Shown: in pieces, positions 13,356 through 27,529 of the stretch
Position numbering within the stretch: position 1 is the first letter of the stretch
How the letters are laid out: each line of letters opens with the position of its first letter
NCBI GenBank assembly: GCA_037379345.1
Contig: CM074511.1
Coordinates: 30,448,862 to 30,512,861, forward strand
Direction: 5' to 3'
Length of the DNA: 64,000 nucleotides
Origin: Perna viridis
Lineage: Eukaryota
The notes under the pieces: generated by a model
Databases searched by the model: none
Told to the model about the DNA's origin: nothing
The model's input: the letters and a program-made list of their open reading frames with translations, nothing else
Made by a program: the position numbers and the translations under genes

Positions 13356-14050
13356 TAATCTTTTGTATGCATGTAAATACGTGTTACTGTATGATTATAA
13401 GCCAGACGTAAATGAAAAAACAGGATATATTTAGCAGACGAACACCCTGTAATCTTTTGTCATTCCCGACCGCGTTGATATAAGACTATCGATTACAGAG
13501 CTACCGTGGTCTAGTGGTTGCGTGTCTAGTTTTTATGCAGTTGAATGTTAAAATCTAGTTTTTATTATTTTTTTTTCAGTTAGTCTTATTTTAATTGTTT
13601 AATATTTAACATATGCCTATACAAATATACGTGTTACTGTTTGATTATAAACCAGACTTAAATTGTCCTTGTGTTGATTTAATATATTAACCATACACAC
13701 CTTTTTCTGCGTTTCCAACAAATGCTACACGTGTAGCAGCTGAAACACTGCGATTTATTTACAATTCTGAATATGATTTTTTAACACATAACTGGCTGTC
13801 AAAAGCATTGTTACATTTTTGCCACATGTAAATATATGCAGATAAGGTCATCGTGGTCGAGTGGTTTTGTCGGCGTTAACATGAACATATTATTTAAAGT
13901 TCAAATCTCGTTGTGTTATTTGTTATTATTATTTTCTCTTTCTTTCTTTCTTTTTTGTTACTACCATAATTATTCGGTTTTTACTCGAATAAGAATATCG
14001 TTTCTTATATGTCTTAGTTTACGGTTGTAAAGGTATTCTTATTTTGATAG

Positions 14051-17000
14051 GATGCCTGGTTCTGATCCTCGTCAAAGATTTGACAAAATTACTGAGAAAA
14101 TATTTTCTACTAGACAAACCAGAGGGAGTAATTTGTAATATATGTAGGCATAAGTGCTATAAGATCAAAGACCACACAGCTAAAAAAATAGTCCAAGTAA
14201 CACCGAATCTGTCACACCAGAAAACAAGGTTGGATAAAATGATGTCAAATGCTGTTTCAAGTCCACCATCAGTCAGTTTACCAATACAAAGCACAGCAAA
14301 ATCTCATGCTTACTGTATTATATGCAGGAAACCAGGTCCAAAAGTGATAGTTGTTTCTGCTGATGTCAGATTTAAAGTGTTCATGATATACAATATTTTG
14401 ATTCCTAAAGGTTCTCGGTGTTGCCCTTGCCATGTCACGAATGACATCATTGAAGATGTAAAGAATGTCCAGTCTTTATTTGATCAGTCTTGTGTCAACA
14501 AAACCACAATAATGGAACTGATACAACAACTGAGAGAAGAGGCAAATGCTAAAGGTGAAAAGCGTTTAGACTTTGATTCACCCTATGGATTGTCCAATGA
14601 AGAGTATAAGACATTGACTGGTTTACCCAAAGAAGAATTTGATGATCTGATGACCTACGTTGCAGATATCAACAATTCTAGTTCTAGAAGTACACGAACT
14701 TGTGTTGCAGTATTGTTAACCAAACTGAAATCTGGGATGGACAACAATTTATTGGGTGCAATGTTCAATATGACAAAAGAACAGGTAAATGCAAATTATT
14801 TTATTTCATTTTTATGCATGTTCCGATTACCTAAAATATTCTATTATAAATTTTTAATTCTTTCAGGCAACACATACATGTATGAGGTGTATTTAAGCCA
14901 CTTCTGATCATACCCAGCTCAGTTTGAAAATTGATGTTTTCTGTCTCTGTCCGTTTATCAGTTCATCATTCGTCCGTCTGTGACAAAGGATTTCGTCAAA
15001 TTTTCCAAAGAACTGTTTCTCATCCCACTGTTGTAATTGGGTATGTGTTGCGCTTACAGATTTCAATTTTCTGTCATGCAATATGTCTTTATCAACCAAC
15101 TTGTACGTATTAGAACGGGTGGTACTTCTGTATGCTTAAGCAAGTTGTAGCTTAGTGACACATATTTGCGAATCTTACTATAACTGATAAAGTTTATGTA
15201 CAAGTTCATATCTTCAGTCTATGTAATGATATTTTACTTTCTAAGTCATGATTTTGTTCATCTTTTGCAGATACTGAGGGCTATTTCCTCTGCTCGACGT
15301 TCTTTGAACACCAGCTTTGTACCGAAATATCTCGGTTTCAATCATATGACACGGGAAACTGTTATTAACAACCACACACGGCCATTAGCAAAGGAGTTAC
15401 TTACACCAGGAACTTCGCTTGATGACGAAGCAATACTTGTTCTTGACGGGGCGTATGTATATGTGCAGAAAAGCGCAGATTTTGAATTTCAAAGAAGATC
15501 ATACAGCATGCACAAGCATCGCCCTTTGGTGAAGCCTTAATGATCGTGACTACAACGGGTTATATAATAGCCGTTTTAGGGCCATATCTAGCTGACGGAA
15601 AATACTCAGATGCAAATATTCTTAAACATATTATTTCAACAAATGTGCAAGAAATGAAATCCTGGTTGCATGAAGGCGACGTGTTTGTGGTCGACCGCGG
15701 GTTTAGAGACTCGGAGGAGATACTTGAACAAATTGGGATCAAAATGGAAATGCCATCATTTCTACAAAAGGGACAAAAACAGCACTCGGTAGAAGATGCT
15801 AACAATTCAAGATTAGTAACTAATGTAATTATTCAAAAAAATATTTAACCCAGTCCATTAGTGTTATCTCTACATTGTATTAAAAATCAAGAAGTAGTTT
15901 CTATATGCTTTGTTTGAAGTTTTGTTGGCGCATTAATTGTTGTAGGAGACAACTATACTGATTTGATTTTGACAGGGTAGCTTGGAACAATTTCAAAATA
16001 AGTATTTTGAACTCGAACTTTTTTTTATATAAATATTTTTATCATGATGATGATCCGAACATTATGCTTTTGTATATTTTGAAATATAAACATTGGATCG
16101 ATGTATGCTAAAAAATATTTTATCGATTAATAAGGTGAAAATAAAAATTAATCCGAATAAATCTACCGAAAGTCGTCGTACCCTTATTTTCTCTACCGGT
16201 TTTTGTTTAAAATAGTGAATGATATTACTGTATACAATGTATACTATATTATGTCTACAAGGCAAAATCACATCACTTAAAAAAGGTTTCATGTACATGT
16301 ACAATAATTACTTTCAGTATGAAGACATCTCTTTCTCAAACTACTTGCGATTTTTCTACTGGGTTGTAAACATGCATCTGCCAATACACGTCCTTTCGTA
16401 AACTAGGTAAATCCTTAAAAAGCAATTCTTAGAGCAGTGAATTCCATGGCCTTCAATCATTATAGCTCTTTTTGGTTGTATATCAGATGGGTGGTTGAAT
16501 CCGTCAATGGAAGGATAAAAACCTGGCGATATTTAGACAAAACACTACCCAATACACAGCTACCGTATATTGGAGAATATGCCAAAATAATTAGTGCCAT
16601 CTGCAACAAGTACAGGTAATTAGCTGTGCTTCATTTGTTGTCATGTTTTTTGTTTATTTGTTTTTGTTTTTGTTTTTGTTTTTTTTGTCTGTCTTAGAGC
16701 AATTTTCTATACCAAAGCTGATCTTTATATGATCTATTAACAGTGCTAATAATTATGAAAGCGTATATTGACAGTCTTTGTAGGAATAAATTACATACCC
16801 ATAGATTTACGATTGCCTTATATAATTGTAAAGTATATCTTACTAAAACGGGAAGTTTTACATAAATCGGAAATGGATAGGATAAAGACATTTTCGCAGC
16901 TTTTCTCACTTGCTATATTTGAACAAGATCCTCGATTACATGTATACAATCTACATGAATAAGGTGACGAACATCGTGTTTTTTTTTCAATTTTAGACCA

Positions 17001-17582
17001 GCGCTCAGCGTAGGAAGCGATGAAGATATTTTGCTGGCAACAAAAATGCTTCACCTTTCATCTCAAAGAAATACATTGAAAGACCAAGTTATTGAGTTAG
17101 CTAAAAAGCCGTCACAGTGGAAATCAATAGATAATACAGAGGAACTTAATGATTTTCCAGTATATACAGAAGACGAAATAAGAGCTTTAACATTAAGCGT
17201 GTATCAAGTAAAGTTGGCAAAAAGTTACACCCGAGAACATTTAAAAGAAGATGGAACTTATGAAATAAAAGTATGTAAACAACAACAGGATTTGTTGTCA
17301 GCGAAAATCCAGAGTAGGCATGTTACAAGCAAACAGTATCTTTGCTGGATAAAATACGCCGAGGGTACAGTTTTGGCCTGGTATTGTCAATGCAAAATGG
17401 GAGCAAGAGTCGTAGGATCTTGCGCTCATATTACAAGCGTCATATGGTACCTTGCTTATGCCAGACATTCTGGTCTCAGACTTGATGGTAGTAAAAAGTC
17501 GTTAGAATATATTGACGATGCTTCAAAAATTCCAGATGCTGTGGATGCCAATGACAGTGAGGGCGAATTCACGGAAGAATAA
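14051..17582 (+). pseudogene. Spliced DDE_Tnp_4-like transposase with N-terminal Cys motifs, HTH and C-terminal SWIM zinc finger (exons about 14051-14784, 15271-15824, 16482-16615, 16997-17582)
   Basis: Catalytic motifs [33 protein letters not shown]; SWIM CQCKMGARVVGSCAH; 1-nt frameshift at ~15538; probable dead acceptor at 16480-16481. Confidence 0.85.
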
Positions 17583-18574
17583 CTTACAAAATGTTTAACT
17601 TCATATTCTATTTGGTCGAATTGCACATTTAGAAATAATTGTCTGTATTAATGATTTTTCAGTTATCTCAAAAATACGATTTTGAGAAATATCCCATACA
17701 AAACATATTGTAAATGTATATTTGAATTCAATAAAGCGAATGTTAATTATTGTGATTTTAAGTAAACCGCTGTTCTTAATTATTATTTTTTTAAAAAGTG
17801 ATAGTAATGTAGAATTTACAGTGGCGTAATACTTCATGTACGACCACCCTTTTTGAAATGACGTTCCTTATTTTACGGCACCATATAAGATCCCCCAGGT
17901 ATAAAACTTCTAAATTTTACTCAAAAACATATTTTTTGAAAATTTAAGATCAGGGCCGATTTTCGTCTATACATCAATTTCATCTCATATATTAAATATT
18001 TTAAGTCTTTTGCCCTCACACCTTCGTTCGAAGATATTTTTACATAGATTTATTTTCGTAGCTAATTGACTTTTTTACTTAACCAATTCTTATAATTGGC
18101 AAACATTTAACTGAAACCTAAACAAATGACGTGTGTGACACCGCGGTACTTTTTAATATACATTTTAATTAAGTAAGTGGGAAGGCAAATTTTGCAGATC
18201 GAGAGAACTACCCGACATGGCATGGTATTCTCCGTTAGAAACTAAATTTGTGTTCCACGAAAGGAAGGAAAAAAATCAAAACATGACATAATTTCGCAAC
18301 AATAGTTAAGAATGGTTTCTTTGAAACATTTTGACTTGGGAAATTAAGTCTAGCCTACACATTTAATTGTTTGTAGAGAATTTAAAGGTATCACTATTTT
18401 CTGAAAAGATATTTGAAGAAGATATGACCTTTTCATCTAGTTCCAGTGCCATTTCCGAGCATTTTTTGCGATGTGTCTACAATGGTTTGAACTTTCTCAA
18501 CCCTCTGATACCAAAATATGAAATAAAGACGCCTTAACGCTAAATAACATGATAAACGATATCAACTCAGTACA

Positions 18575-19450
18575 AAAATAATCTCTGCATTCTTTTTACT
18601 TAAAAAAAAAAATGAAATAAATCACTTTTCATCGCCGCTTCTGTTACATGTCTCACAAATTATGTGACTTTCATTGTTTAAAATAGTTCGCTACGTATTG
18701 AAATTAAACAGAACCCGTTTTTGGATTTCTTACATGTTTTTAAATATGTTTTCCTGCCGTGTTTTTTCGAAGATAGTTTTTATCTGAGTATTACCAATCA
18801 TTTGTGTTTCAATCATTTTAAATATTGATTTTAGAAATTAGCGGTAGTTATAGTAACATTACATTAATCTTTCAAATTCATATTTTTATATAGACTGTTA
18901 ATATATGATTGTTTAATATTTACGTCTCACGATCAATATAAAAATAAAATACACATGGCTTATAAACCAATAGAAATATATTGATACCATTCTTAAACGT
19001 ATTATGAAAGACGATTTAAAATTTGAATAAAACTCTTAAAAATGTTCAGTTAAAAAATCAAGAGAAAGCTGTATTTAAAAATAAAACTGGGAGTTTAACA
19101 AACTTTAAAAATTCTAGTTTAAAAGGAAGTGATATTAAAAAGATTCTGACGGAAAAGAGGCTAAAAAGTTAAAAAAAAAATAATAAAAACTACATGATAT
19201 CAACACAAAGGTAAGGTAATGCACAAATTTCCATATAACAAAACATCACATATGATTATGAAATCAATTCAATACAAAAATTAATCTGTATTCTTTTTAC
19301 TGTTTTTTTTTGGAAAATGAAATAAATCACTTTTCATCGCCGCTTCTGTTACTTTTCTCACAAATTATGCGACTGAAATAATTTTCTGTGTATTGAAAAT
19401 AAAAAAAGAACTTTCTTTTAGATTTCTTCCATTTTTAGTATGTTTCCTTA
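18575..19450. repeat. Diverged direct repeat of ~170 bp (about 18575-18760 and 19282-19450)
   Basis: Shared AAAATGAAATAAATCACTTTTCATCGCCGCTTCTGTTAC...CTCACAAATTATG. Confidence 0.75.
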
Positions 19451-21564
19451 CTGTTATCAACCCAAAGGCAAGGTAATGCACGAATACAAAACATTGCATA
19501 TGATTATGAACATAGCACATAAATAAATTGCTACAAAACCCAACACCTACACATTTATAAACCGAAAGAAGTGACCGTAATGAAAGTTTTCTAATACAAG
19601 TTCTAATTCTGTATATAAACTGTGCAAGAAAATAAATATATCTTGTTATAATTGAATAATATCAATTACATACATAAGTTTTTCATGAAATAAAAGAGGA
19701 ATTCAGCAGAGTAAGTATAATAATATATATAATAATAATGCAATTCCAGAAATGAAAGGCAATTAAACTGCATATAAATTCACATTAGCCAGGGAAATAA
19801 AAATATGATTTCTGTTAATGCCTGCCCTTCATATTTAATGCTTTTCAGTGAAATTTAACTCATTTCACAGTAAAGATACAGAAAATATTTTTTTTCTTAA
19901 AAAAGGATGGAACCATTCGTAAAATCAACCTGCCAAAGATTTGTTGTTGTTTTTAACCATGTTTCATTGACTGACCAATTTTCACAGAGAAATACTTGTT
20001 ATAGCAAACAACAAAAAAAGTTGTTGGGAAACATATCCTTTAACACCAGAATGAATGATGATTAATTTGAAAAATTGATTAAAATGAAAGTCGTTGGTAT
20101 TGCCAGAGTGGATAAACTGGAGCCACCTGATGTGTCTGGTAGAAAGGTTTTTGTGTTATGATCATCACCTACAAAAGATATTCCATTAATATTTAAATAA
20201 TTTGACTTGTAACAAGATTTCTGGTTGGCTTGTTCTCTTTGAGCAAACCAAGATATTTTGTATAATTTGGCTTGGAACTATGACGCCATCAAGGTCAATT
20301 AGTCCACACTCGTCGATCTAACGACATAACATTTTGAATACGTATCATTATTATTTATAATTGGAATGTCATCCATTAGAAATGAAATCATAAGGAATTC
20401 TACATTTTTAACAGTTTATACTCAACAACTAGGTCTGGGTAAATTTACACTTGTTATGAATTATTTTGAATAACCTGTTCAAAAATTAGAAACATTAATC
20501 CTGATGAAGATTGAATTCGCCACTTATCTCGTTTCACAGTGAATGCACAAGTATTTCATTTTATGTGGTCATACGTCCCCCCCCCCCACCCAAAAAAAAA
20601 AAAAAAAAACAAAACAAAAAAAAAAACAAAACAAAAAAAAAAAAAAAACAGCAACAAAAAACAAAAACAAATACGAAAAAACTTAGTTATTTAAATGAAA
20701 AATAAGAAATATTTCTGCTTTCTTCTCAACACTTACTAATATTTTGTGGTACAAGTCTCGTTTTAGAACGTCAAGATAAGAACTAAGTAGATTAAATAAG
20801 GAATGTAACTTTCAAAAGATAAATACAACCTCAGTATCTTGATACTTGCTAATCACTATTGGGTGGTAGTGTGTTTACAAAATAAAATTTGTATTAAATG
20901 CTTAGAAATTATTCAATAACTCTCTCGCTTGAGTTGATATACGCATATGTCAGGAATCGAAAAAATTCTAATGTATGAAAACTACATTTTTTTGAATGAC
21001 GATATGCGATTTTATGATAAAAGTAAGACACCATTGATTTTAAGTAATTATTTGAATTACCATCGCTACGAACAGAGAAATGAGCGAGTTTCTATGATCT
21101 GAAATTTTATCCATTTTCAAACGCAAAACTATATGAAAATGAAATTCTATATTAAACTAATGTATTAATTGTAGTTAACATATTTTTCATTTTGTTTTAC
21201 GAGTTTTAAAACCTAATGGTACAAAATGTATTTCGTTAAGGGGTTGTTTTTTCCAGCTTTACTGCCTCCAGACATTTATAAATGTTATAATGTTTATACT
21301 CATTTGAAAGCAGAAACTCTAGGAAATAGTTTGCGATAGACTAATTGGAATTTTATCGATGAGATGTAATAGATGATGAATCCAAAACATCCAAAACTCA
21401 CTGAGTGGTATATTTTAAGGCTAACTTTTCATACATTGCAGTAATTGCCAGTTGGTGACCAGGTCCATTCTCGTTCTATAGATAATAAAAAAGTAAAAGA
21501 ATTCCACAAAGGGGGAGTTGTGGTCATCTGGGGTGTATTTGACCCATGGACTATAGTAACTTAC

Positions 21565-22443
21565 CTGGGACAACAACTGCTCTGGGCTCAATCTGATAAT
21601 TGGCATCATTAATGGACCCCCTAGAAAGATAGAGTGTGGCTGATCCTCCTGATGTCATGTATTTCCTGGTTTGGTCTATTGGTGATTCCTTAGAGATAGT
21701 AAACTGAAAAAAAGGAGAAAAAGATAAGTATTTACATATGTATTATGTATGTCGAATAGATTTTGCCATCTTCTGGATGAGTTACATACTAGCAATTGAA
21801 GGCTTTTGCCTGTCTGTCACAGATTGATTGATTGATTGTGCTTTTACGTCCTAGCTATAGCAGGTGAAATCTATGACAAATAACCCATATAAACATTTGT
21901 AATTTTTTTTTATAAAAATAAAAATAAGAAAACAAATGGAAATACGGTAGTTTCCAATCTCATAAAAAATCCAACCCAATTTTCATTTTTAGACTAAAAG
22001 TTTTTTTTTTTTTTTTTGTATTCTTTGTTACCCTGTTGAATTTGTTCAGCCCGTTGTGTTGTACTAGTAATTTGTCAAACATGCTCATTGACAATGCATG
22101 AAATCAGGGAATGACGTTAGAAGTTGTCCTAAGGAAAAGTTCAATTATACTTTCCGTAAAGGTAACCAAAGCTCCTTTATTTTTCTTTGCCTTACAATTC
22201 TATTTCCCGTGTTATCTGGACCGTCATACATATGGAATTAAATGCCAACATCATATACTGAAGCACGAACTATTTCCACCTGAAACCGTCTCATCTCCCC
22301 AAAACCGAGTATTGGTAAGAGTAATCATACATTCTCTTGTTGTTCCTGGGTTTGTTTGAAATGCATCTCCCCCAAGAATTGTTGCTGAGTTTTCCCCACT
22401 TCAAATTTCTTTGCTGAACATTGTGAAGCACTATCCATATAAA
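21565..22443 (-). pseudogene. C': inverted pseudogenised copy of gene C ectodomain exons (22443-22196 and 21703-21565)
   Basis: Reverse complement of 53527-53774 and 54296-54434; same exon lengths (248, 139) and splice sites; first exon has a -1 and a +1 indel and a CAT>TAA change; no signal or TM exon found. Confidence 0.9.
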
Positions 22444-23859
22444 CTAAAATTTTTGTCTGGAGTTAGTATAGAATAAAAATGTATTCTCACGTCATTTTAT
22501 TGTACATACTTTTGTTATTTGTTATTTGTAACATCATTTTTTTACATTTGTGAAAAGTGTGGAAAAAATCAACAAAGCAAAGGAACCCAGCTTATTTACT
22601 TGTAGTGACGATGATGGCTTTAATATATAACTAATTTTATCCTGAGTTGACATTTGTTATATTCCTTATTTTCTTTTTCTTGTTGAAATTTGAAAACATC
22701 GCTGCACGTGTTAACTTGCACATTTTGAATTTCTATTTTCCTTTTTTTTCAGTTCACATAACGAGAATAATAATGGTGATATCTCAAAGAGACAAAAAAA
22801 ACCCACCAGCATAAAAATGTCAGCCCAAGGCTAACCATTAGTCTTCAATGAACGGCGAGGAAATCCTCTTATCACAGGGAAGGTTGCAGCTGGCCCCAAA
22901 ACATCATTATATAAAATGTACAACGAAAGAGTTGCCCTCATATACTAAGTGTAACATAAAAATAACTACACAAGACATAAAGAGGCCAGAAATTTCTGAC
23001 AAGGGACTGGCGCAAAAAAAAATGAGGCAGGGATAATGTACTTTGGCGTGATCATAACCCTCCCCCTCTAAAATCTGGCTACTGTGGAAAAAATATTACA
23101 CACTGAAACACACTTTAATTTCAGTACAAAAAGGTCTGTGTCCCTTGTTACAACAGAAATAAAGAAATTACAAAAATGTGCAAACTATGAGGACTACTAT
23201 CAGTTAACGGACATGCCAGCCCCAGACCATTTCAAATCTGTAAAAAGTTATGTGCATTAATGAATATGCATTTAAACTAATTTTGATGTATAGTAAGAGA
23301 TTTATAGATAATAATAATAATTGTTACAATTGTTAGATTGTTAGATTGTTAGATTTGTAGTGAAAAAAATAATATTGACATGTATAGTATTGAAAAAAAA
23401 CAGCAGTTTAATCATGCGTGTTATGAAAGTATTTGGTAAAACTAAAAATATAACGAATATGGCCTTATCCGAGGGATATATAATCATGCGTCAAAGCTAC
23501 TCAAGTGTTGAATTCTCAATAAAAATATAGGACAGCTTTACAATTTATGCCCAAGAATATTGCGGTGAAGATATAGATTGTGTAAAGCATCCAATGTGGA
23601 TCAACACTGAATGAATAAATAACTTAGGTTTCTTACCTAATTTATGGAATTATGATTTGTATCTGAAGTGTTACATGTAAGGACTTCATTATGCAAATAC
23701 TCATTTACATCATTCTTCATTAAGTACTGATGTGTCCGATATTCGTTGCATTTTGTTGCACTTTGCAACAGTTAAGCTACAGAAGGAATATGAGATAGGT
23801 GACAGTAAAGCTTAAAAAGCTAGGTATCTACCAAAACCGTGTGCCTCATTGACTACAGC

Positions 23860-23980
23860 TCTGATGATATTACTTGACTGAAGTGGCCATTCTTTCCTAA
23901 TACGACGGGAGACTGGAACAAACTGTCACCGGTCATCGCCAAGGCCAAGTCACTTGAGATGTCCAAAGCTCAAGTGACGA
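23860..23980 (+). mobile_element. Short 3' remnant of a CR1/L2-type LINE ORF2
   Basis: Translates as FFPNTTGDWNKL, matching the FFPxTxxxWNxL C-terminal motif. Confidence 0.45.
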
Positions 23981-24879
23981 AAATGAAAAAAAAATTACAC
24001 TTTGGACAGTATTATTTGTAATGTTTTTTTAACAGTGCTCGATATCCGCGGGTAGCAAGTTGAATGTGGGCAGTATACAAAAGAAGAAGAAATATCACGC
24101 ATATTGAGGTTGATTTGGCGACATTTTCATTATATCGAAGCTTGGCCAGTTTTAAAACTAACATTAAACTGTAAAGAAGGAAGTAGAGTGATATAACTAA
24201 AAGGGTATACATTACAGCATATTTAATTGCTGAGTGAAAAGGGTATGCTAATTTATACTATATACCACAACATTACAAACACTTTGAAAATTAAATATTT
24301 TTCTCACAATTTTGTACTTCCGAAATAACAAGTAACACGGTCGCAACTGCGGATGGGTTTGGTGCTGCTGCGCTTAGCAGGAAGCTAAATGCTTATGTGA
24401 AGGGTTACTGACATTCACCCATATCGCGTTGTTATTTTAAAGACTATAAAAAATAAAAGACTATAAATATAATTTTAATTTCTACTTTCATTGCTGTTCA
24501 TCAAAAACTCTAACAGCGGTTGGTTTTGAAAAGGTTACGATTTAAAAATGAGCATGAAACACAAGGAGCCAATACTTCATAATATATGGGTAACATATAC
24601 AAATACCTCAAATTTGACTCGTATTTTATGTTTCTTTGCCACCAGACACGTGCGTAGATCATGTATAATTTACTACATGGATTTTTATTATTTCTATTAT
24701 TTTTACATAAGGAAACAAGGAAGTCTACTATCAAAAATAATTAAATTTCTTCCTTTGATCTAACCCATCCCCCTATTGTATATTTACAAAATGCACACGA
24801 GACTGAATCATAGGATCATTGTCTCGGTAGTTTTCTCTTAAATTCCACATATAAAAGCTTACACACGCACATAATTTAT

Positions 24880-25630
24880 GTATGAGTTACCACGACACTT
24901 GTTACTCCCGTATTGGTATTAGTTCAATGCGTATCCTGAAAGATTCAAAAGACCTTCTGGAAACCTCCAATTCAAGATTATTATCAGCATACAATACCAT
25001 TAAAACCTATGATTTTTTCAACTCTATATACTTCTATTCCCCACCCAAAAACTCAAAAACAGTAAAATCGTTGTTACTTCAAAAAGACGGTTTACCTAGA
25101 AACAGATATATAGTACTTGGTAGAGATTCTTCATACTTTGTAAAAACCGATTCCAAAGCATTTTCCAAACATACTGAAGAATATGTTTTTAAAAATGCTG
25201 AAATATTTGATCAACAACATATTTATCCAGTGTGATGGATGTGTTTTTAACCAACGCCCGGCATTACAATGGGAACAGATTTAGATCCTCGTCTCACTAA
25301 CCTATCCCTACAATCTAATGTAATGAAGCTGACTGTATAGCTGATACAAAATCCATCTGCACCATCGGAACCGGCTTGTTTAATTGTCAGTTTTCCTTTC
25401 CTCTTTCGTACCATGGAATTGACTTTTTATCGGCGGGTGTTTCTAGAAAAGCAGAGGACACTTTACCTACCGGTGCACCTGGTCCATGCTAACCGTTTTA
25501 AGTGGAGTCGGAGTTGCTCATTTACTTTTGTTGTTTTGTACGTATTATTTTGGTTATTTTATGTTGTTTGTTCTGTGTACCTGTTTTCTACGTCTGGTCT
25601 TTGTCCCTGGATTACATTCTGTTGATTTCC
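24880..25630 (+). mobile_element. Degenerate Penelope-like retroelement fragment (RT remnant plus 3' repeat)
   Basis: ILKDSKDLLE...IKTYDF; decayed GIxMGT motif; followed by the same terminal sequence as 30838-31417. Confidence 0.75.
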
Positions 25631-25689
25631 GGGAGAATCATAGCAGATTGGAAGATTCAGATTGCATTTTTTCACAATTAAAATGGTAT

Positions 25690-26210
25690 TTCTGACATGT
25701 TAAAAACGGATAAAAAATCTCAACATAATTCTATGCAGGATACCTCTAGAAACATTCATATCAAGTTTGGCTCCAATTGGTCAAGTAGTGTCAAAGGAGA
25801 CGATTTTGGAAAGAAATGACATTAAATTAAATACCAAAAACAAACGTCGAAAAACTCCAACATGGCTTAACAGATTAAAACGAAAGGTTCACCACAAATA
25901 GATCTTTTCATGCTGAACACTTTTATCATGGCTAAATCTAACTGTTTTTTTATATTAATGCGAAAAACAACTGCTGTCCCACCTCTATGATTAGTTTTAT
26001 TGTTAGTTACCATGGCCATGCTTTTCGGCGGATAAAAAATCACCACATCAGTTATATACAGGATACCTAAATGAATATCCATACCAAGCTTATTTTAAAT
26101 GGGTCAAATAGCGTCAGGGAAGAATTTTGAAAAATTGTTAACGACGATGATGACGACGGACGCCAAGTGATGGCACTAGCTTACTTGGGCTTCGGCCATA
26201 TGAGCTAAAA
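25690..26210 (+). mobile_element. Helentron/HINE-like non-autonomous element
   Basis: Internal CCAAGTTT/GGCCATG-type repeat units, (GAC)n microsatellite, terminal hairpin AGCTTAC...TGAGCT followed by AAAA; related copies at 27530-28510 and 62990-63350. Confidence 0.55.
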
Positions 26211-27529
26211 ATCAAGGATCTCATTTTCTCGAAATAAAAAAGGCTGCATCAAAACTATACCTGACACATGTATTCATACAGTTGCATTGATTATCATAAG
26301 ATATGATGAATCATCCCCTCTGGTTTTTAGGCAGAACCATAACTTAAATAACTGAAGGTTTAAGATGAGTTTCCGAGATATCTAGATAGACTAATATTTT
26401 GGGGGGCCCACTTTCAATAAATATGGTGATAGGACATGCCATGAATAGGTGGGGAGAAACAAACATAATTATATGATAAGTCAACAAGATTTACATTACA
26501 AATTATACAAATAGTAAAAAAATCATCTGTGTCCTATCATCTGTTGTACGGGTTAACATCAAACAAACAGTTTTCTATAATGACTAAGAAGACAGGGGCA
26601 ACTCTTCTTCCTCCTTTAACACAATACTCATGACACTTAATTTACTTTGAAGAAACTTGCACTTGTAGGCATTTAAAAATAAACAATGATTTTTCCCTCT
26701 CTCTATAAATTATTACAAAGAGTAATCAAGGGAACCAAGGTTATAGCGGTAATCTGGGGACAAATACCAGACATGGAAAACAGACATTCACAAAAATCAA
26801 GGATCTCATTTTCTCGAAATAAAAAAGGCTGCATCAAAACTATAATCCTAGCCCTCCCATAGATATAGAATGACCGCTCCCTTACTCTGGTCCTATTCAA
26901 TTAACAAAACCGTCTATAAGATACCTCGAAAAAACTCAGAAAATCGATCCGTTACAATGTACATTTGTTCACTTTAATTCTTGCAATCAAACCAAGAAAT
27001 TTAAAAAATTCTCCAATAACTCAAATTATTCCGACGCAGTCGGTATAGTTTCGTTTTTTACCCTTTGACCTTATAGACGCTATTCCATGATCGCAATTAT
27101 GTTTCCCAATTGGCCAAATACTGATAACTTCGTTGCGTTCGAAAAAAAAACTATCGGAACTAAAATTGTGTGTGTCATGTGTTATTTCCTGTATGAAATG
27201 TAGAAAATTATAAGTAAAAAGGACAAATTTTACTGCACCGATTATCTTTATTTTTAAAGATAGTTCTTGTTTTGTCTAGTGCAGTACGATTGTTCCCTGT
27301 AATGTGAGCGTGAAATAAAGATGAACTACTAAAGGATATTTTTTCAAAACGTTTGAGTGTTAGTATATGGTTCAAACGACTTATCTTCTTAATATAAACC
27401 AACTTTTCATTAATGTATATAATATCATCCAATTTATTACATGGAGATACAACATGTGATAACTGATAAACTAAAAATGTGAAGAAAATAAAATGTAATG
27501 AAAGTCATGGGCCTTGCTAACTAGAAGTC

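Larger units (their letters stand above)
12426..17882 (+). mobile_element. PIF/Harbinger-ISL2EU-type (PHIS) DNA transposon
   Basis: Short imperfect TIRs GGCGCCGTATAAAGGA / TCCTTATTTTACGGCACC enclosing a spliced DDE transposase; exact ends tentative. Confidence 0.7.

Noticed and set aside
12460-17963. Alternative TIR pair AAAACGGCCCTG / CAGGGCCGATTTT
   Set aside because: Short and staggered relative to the preferred pair; cannot be resolved without other copies
20511-20705. Poly-Pro/Lys ORF
   Set aside because: Translation of C and A homopolymer runs
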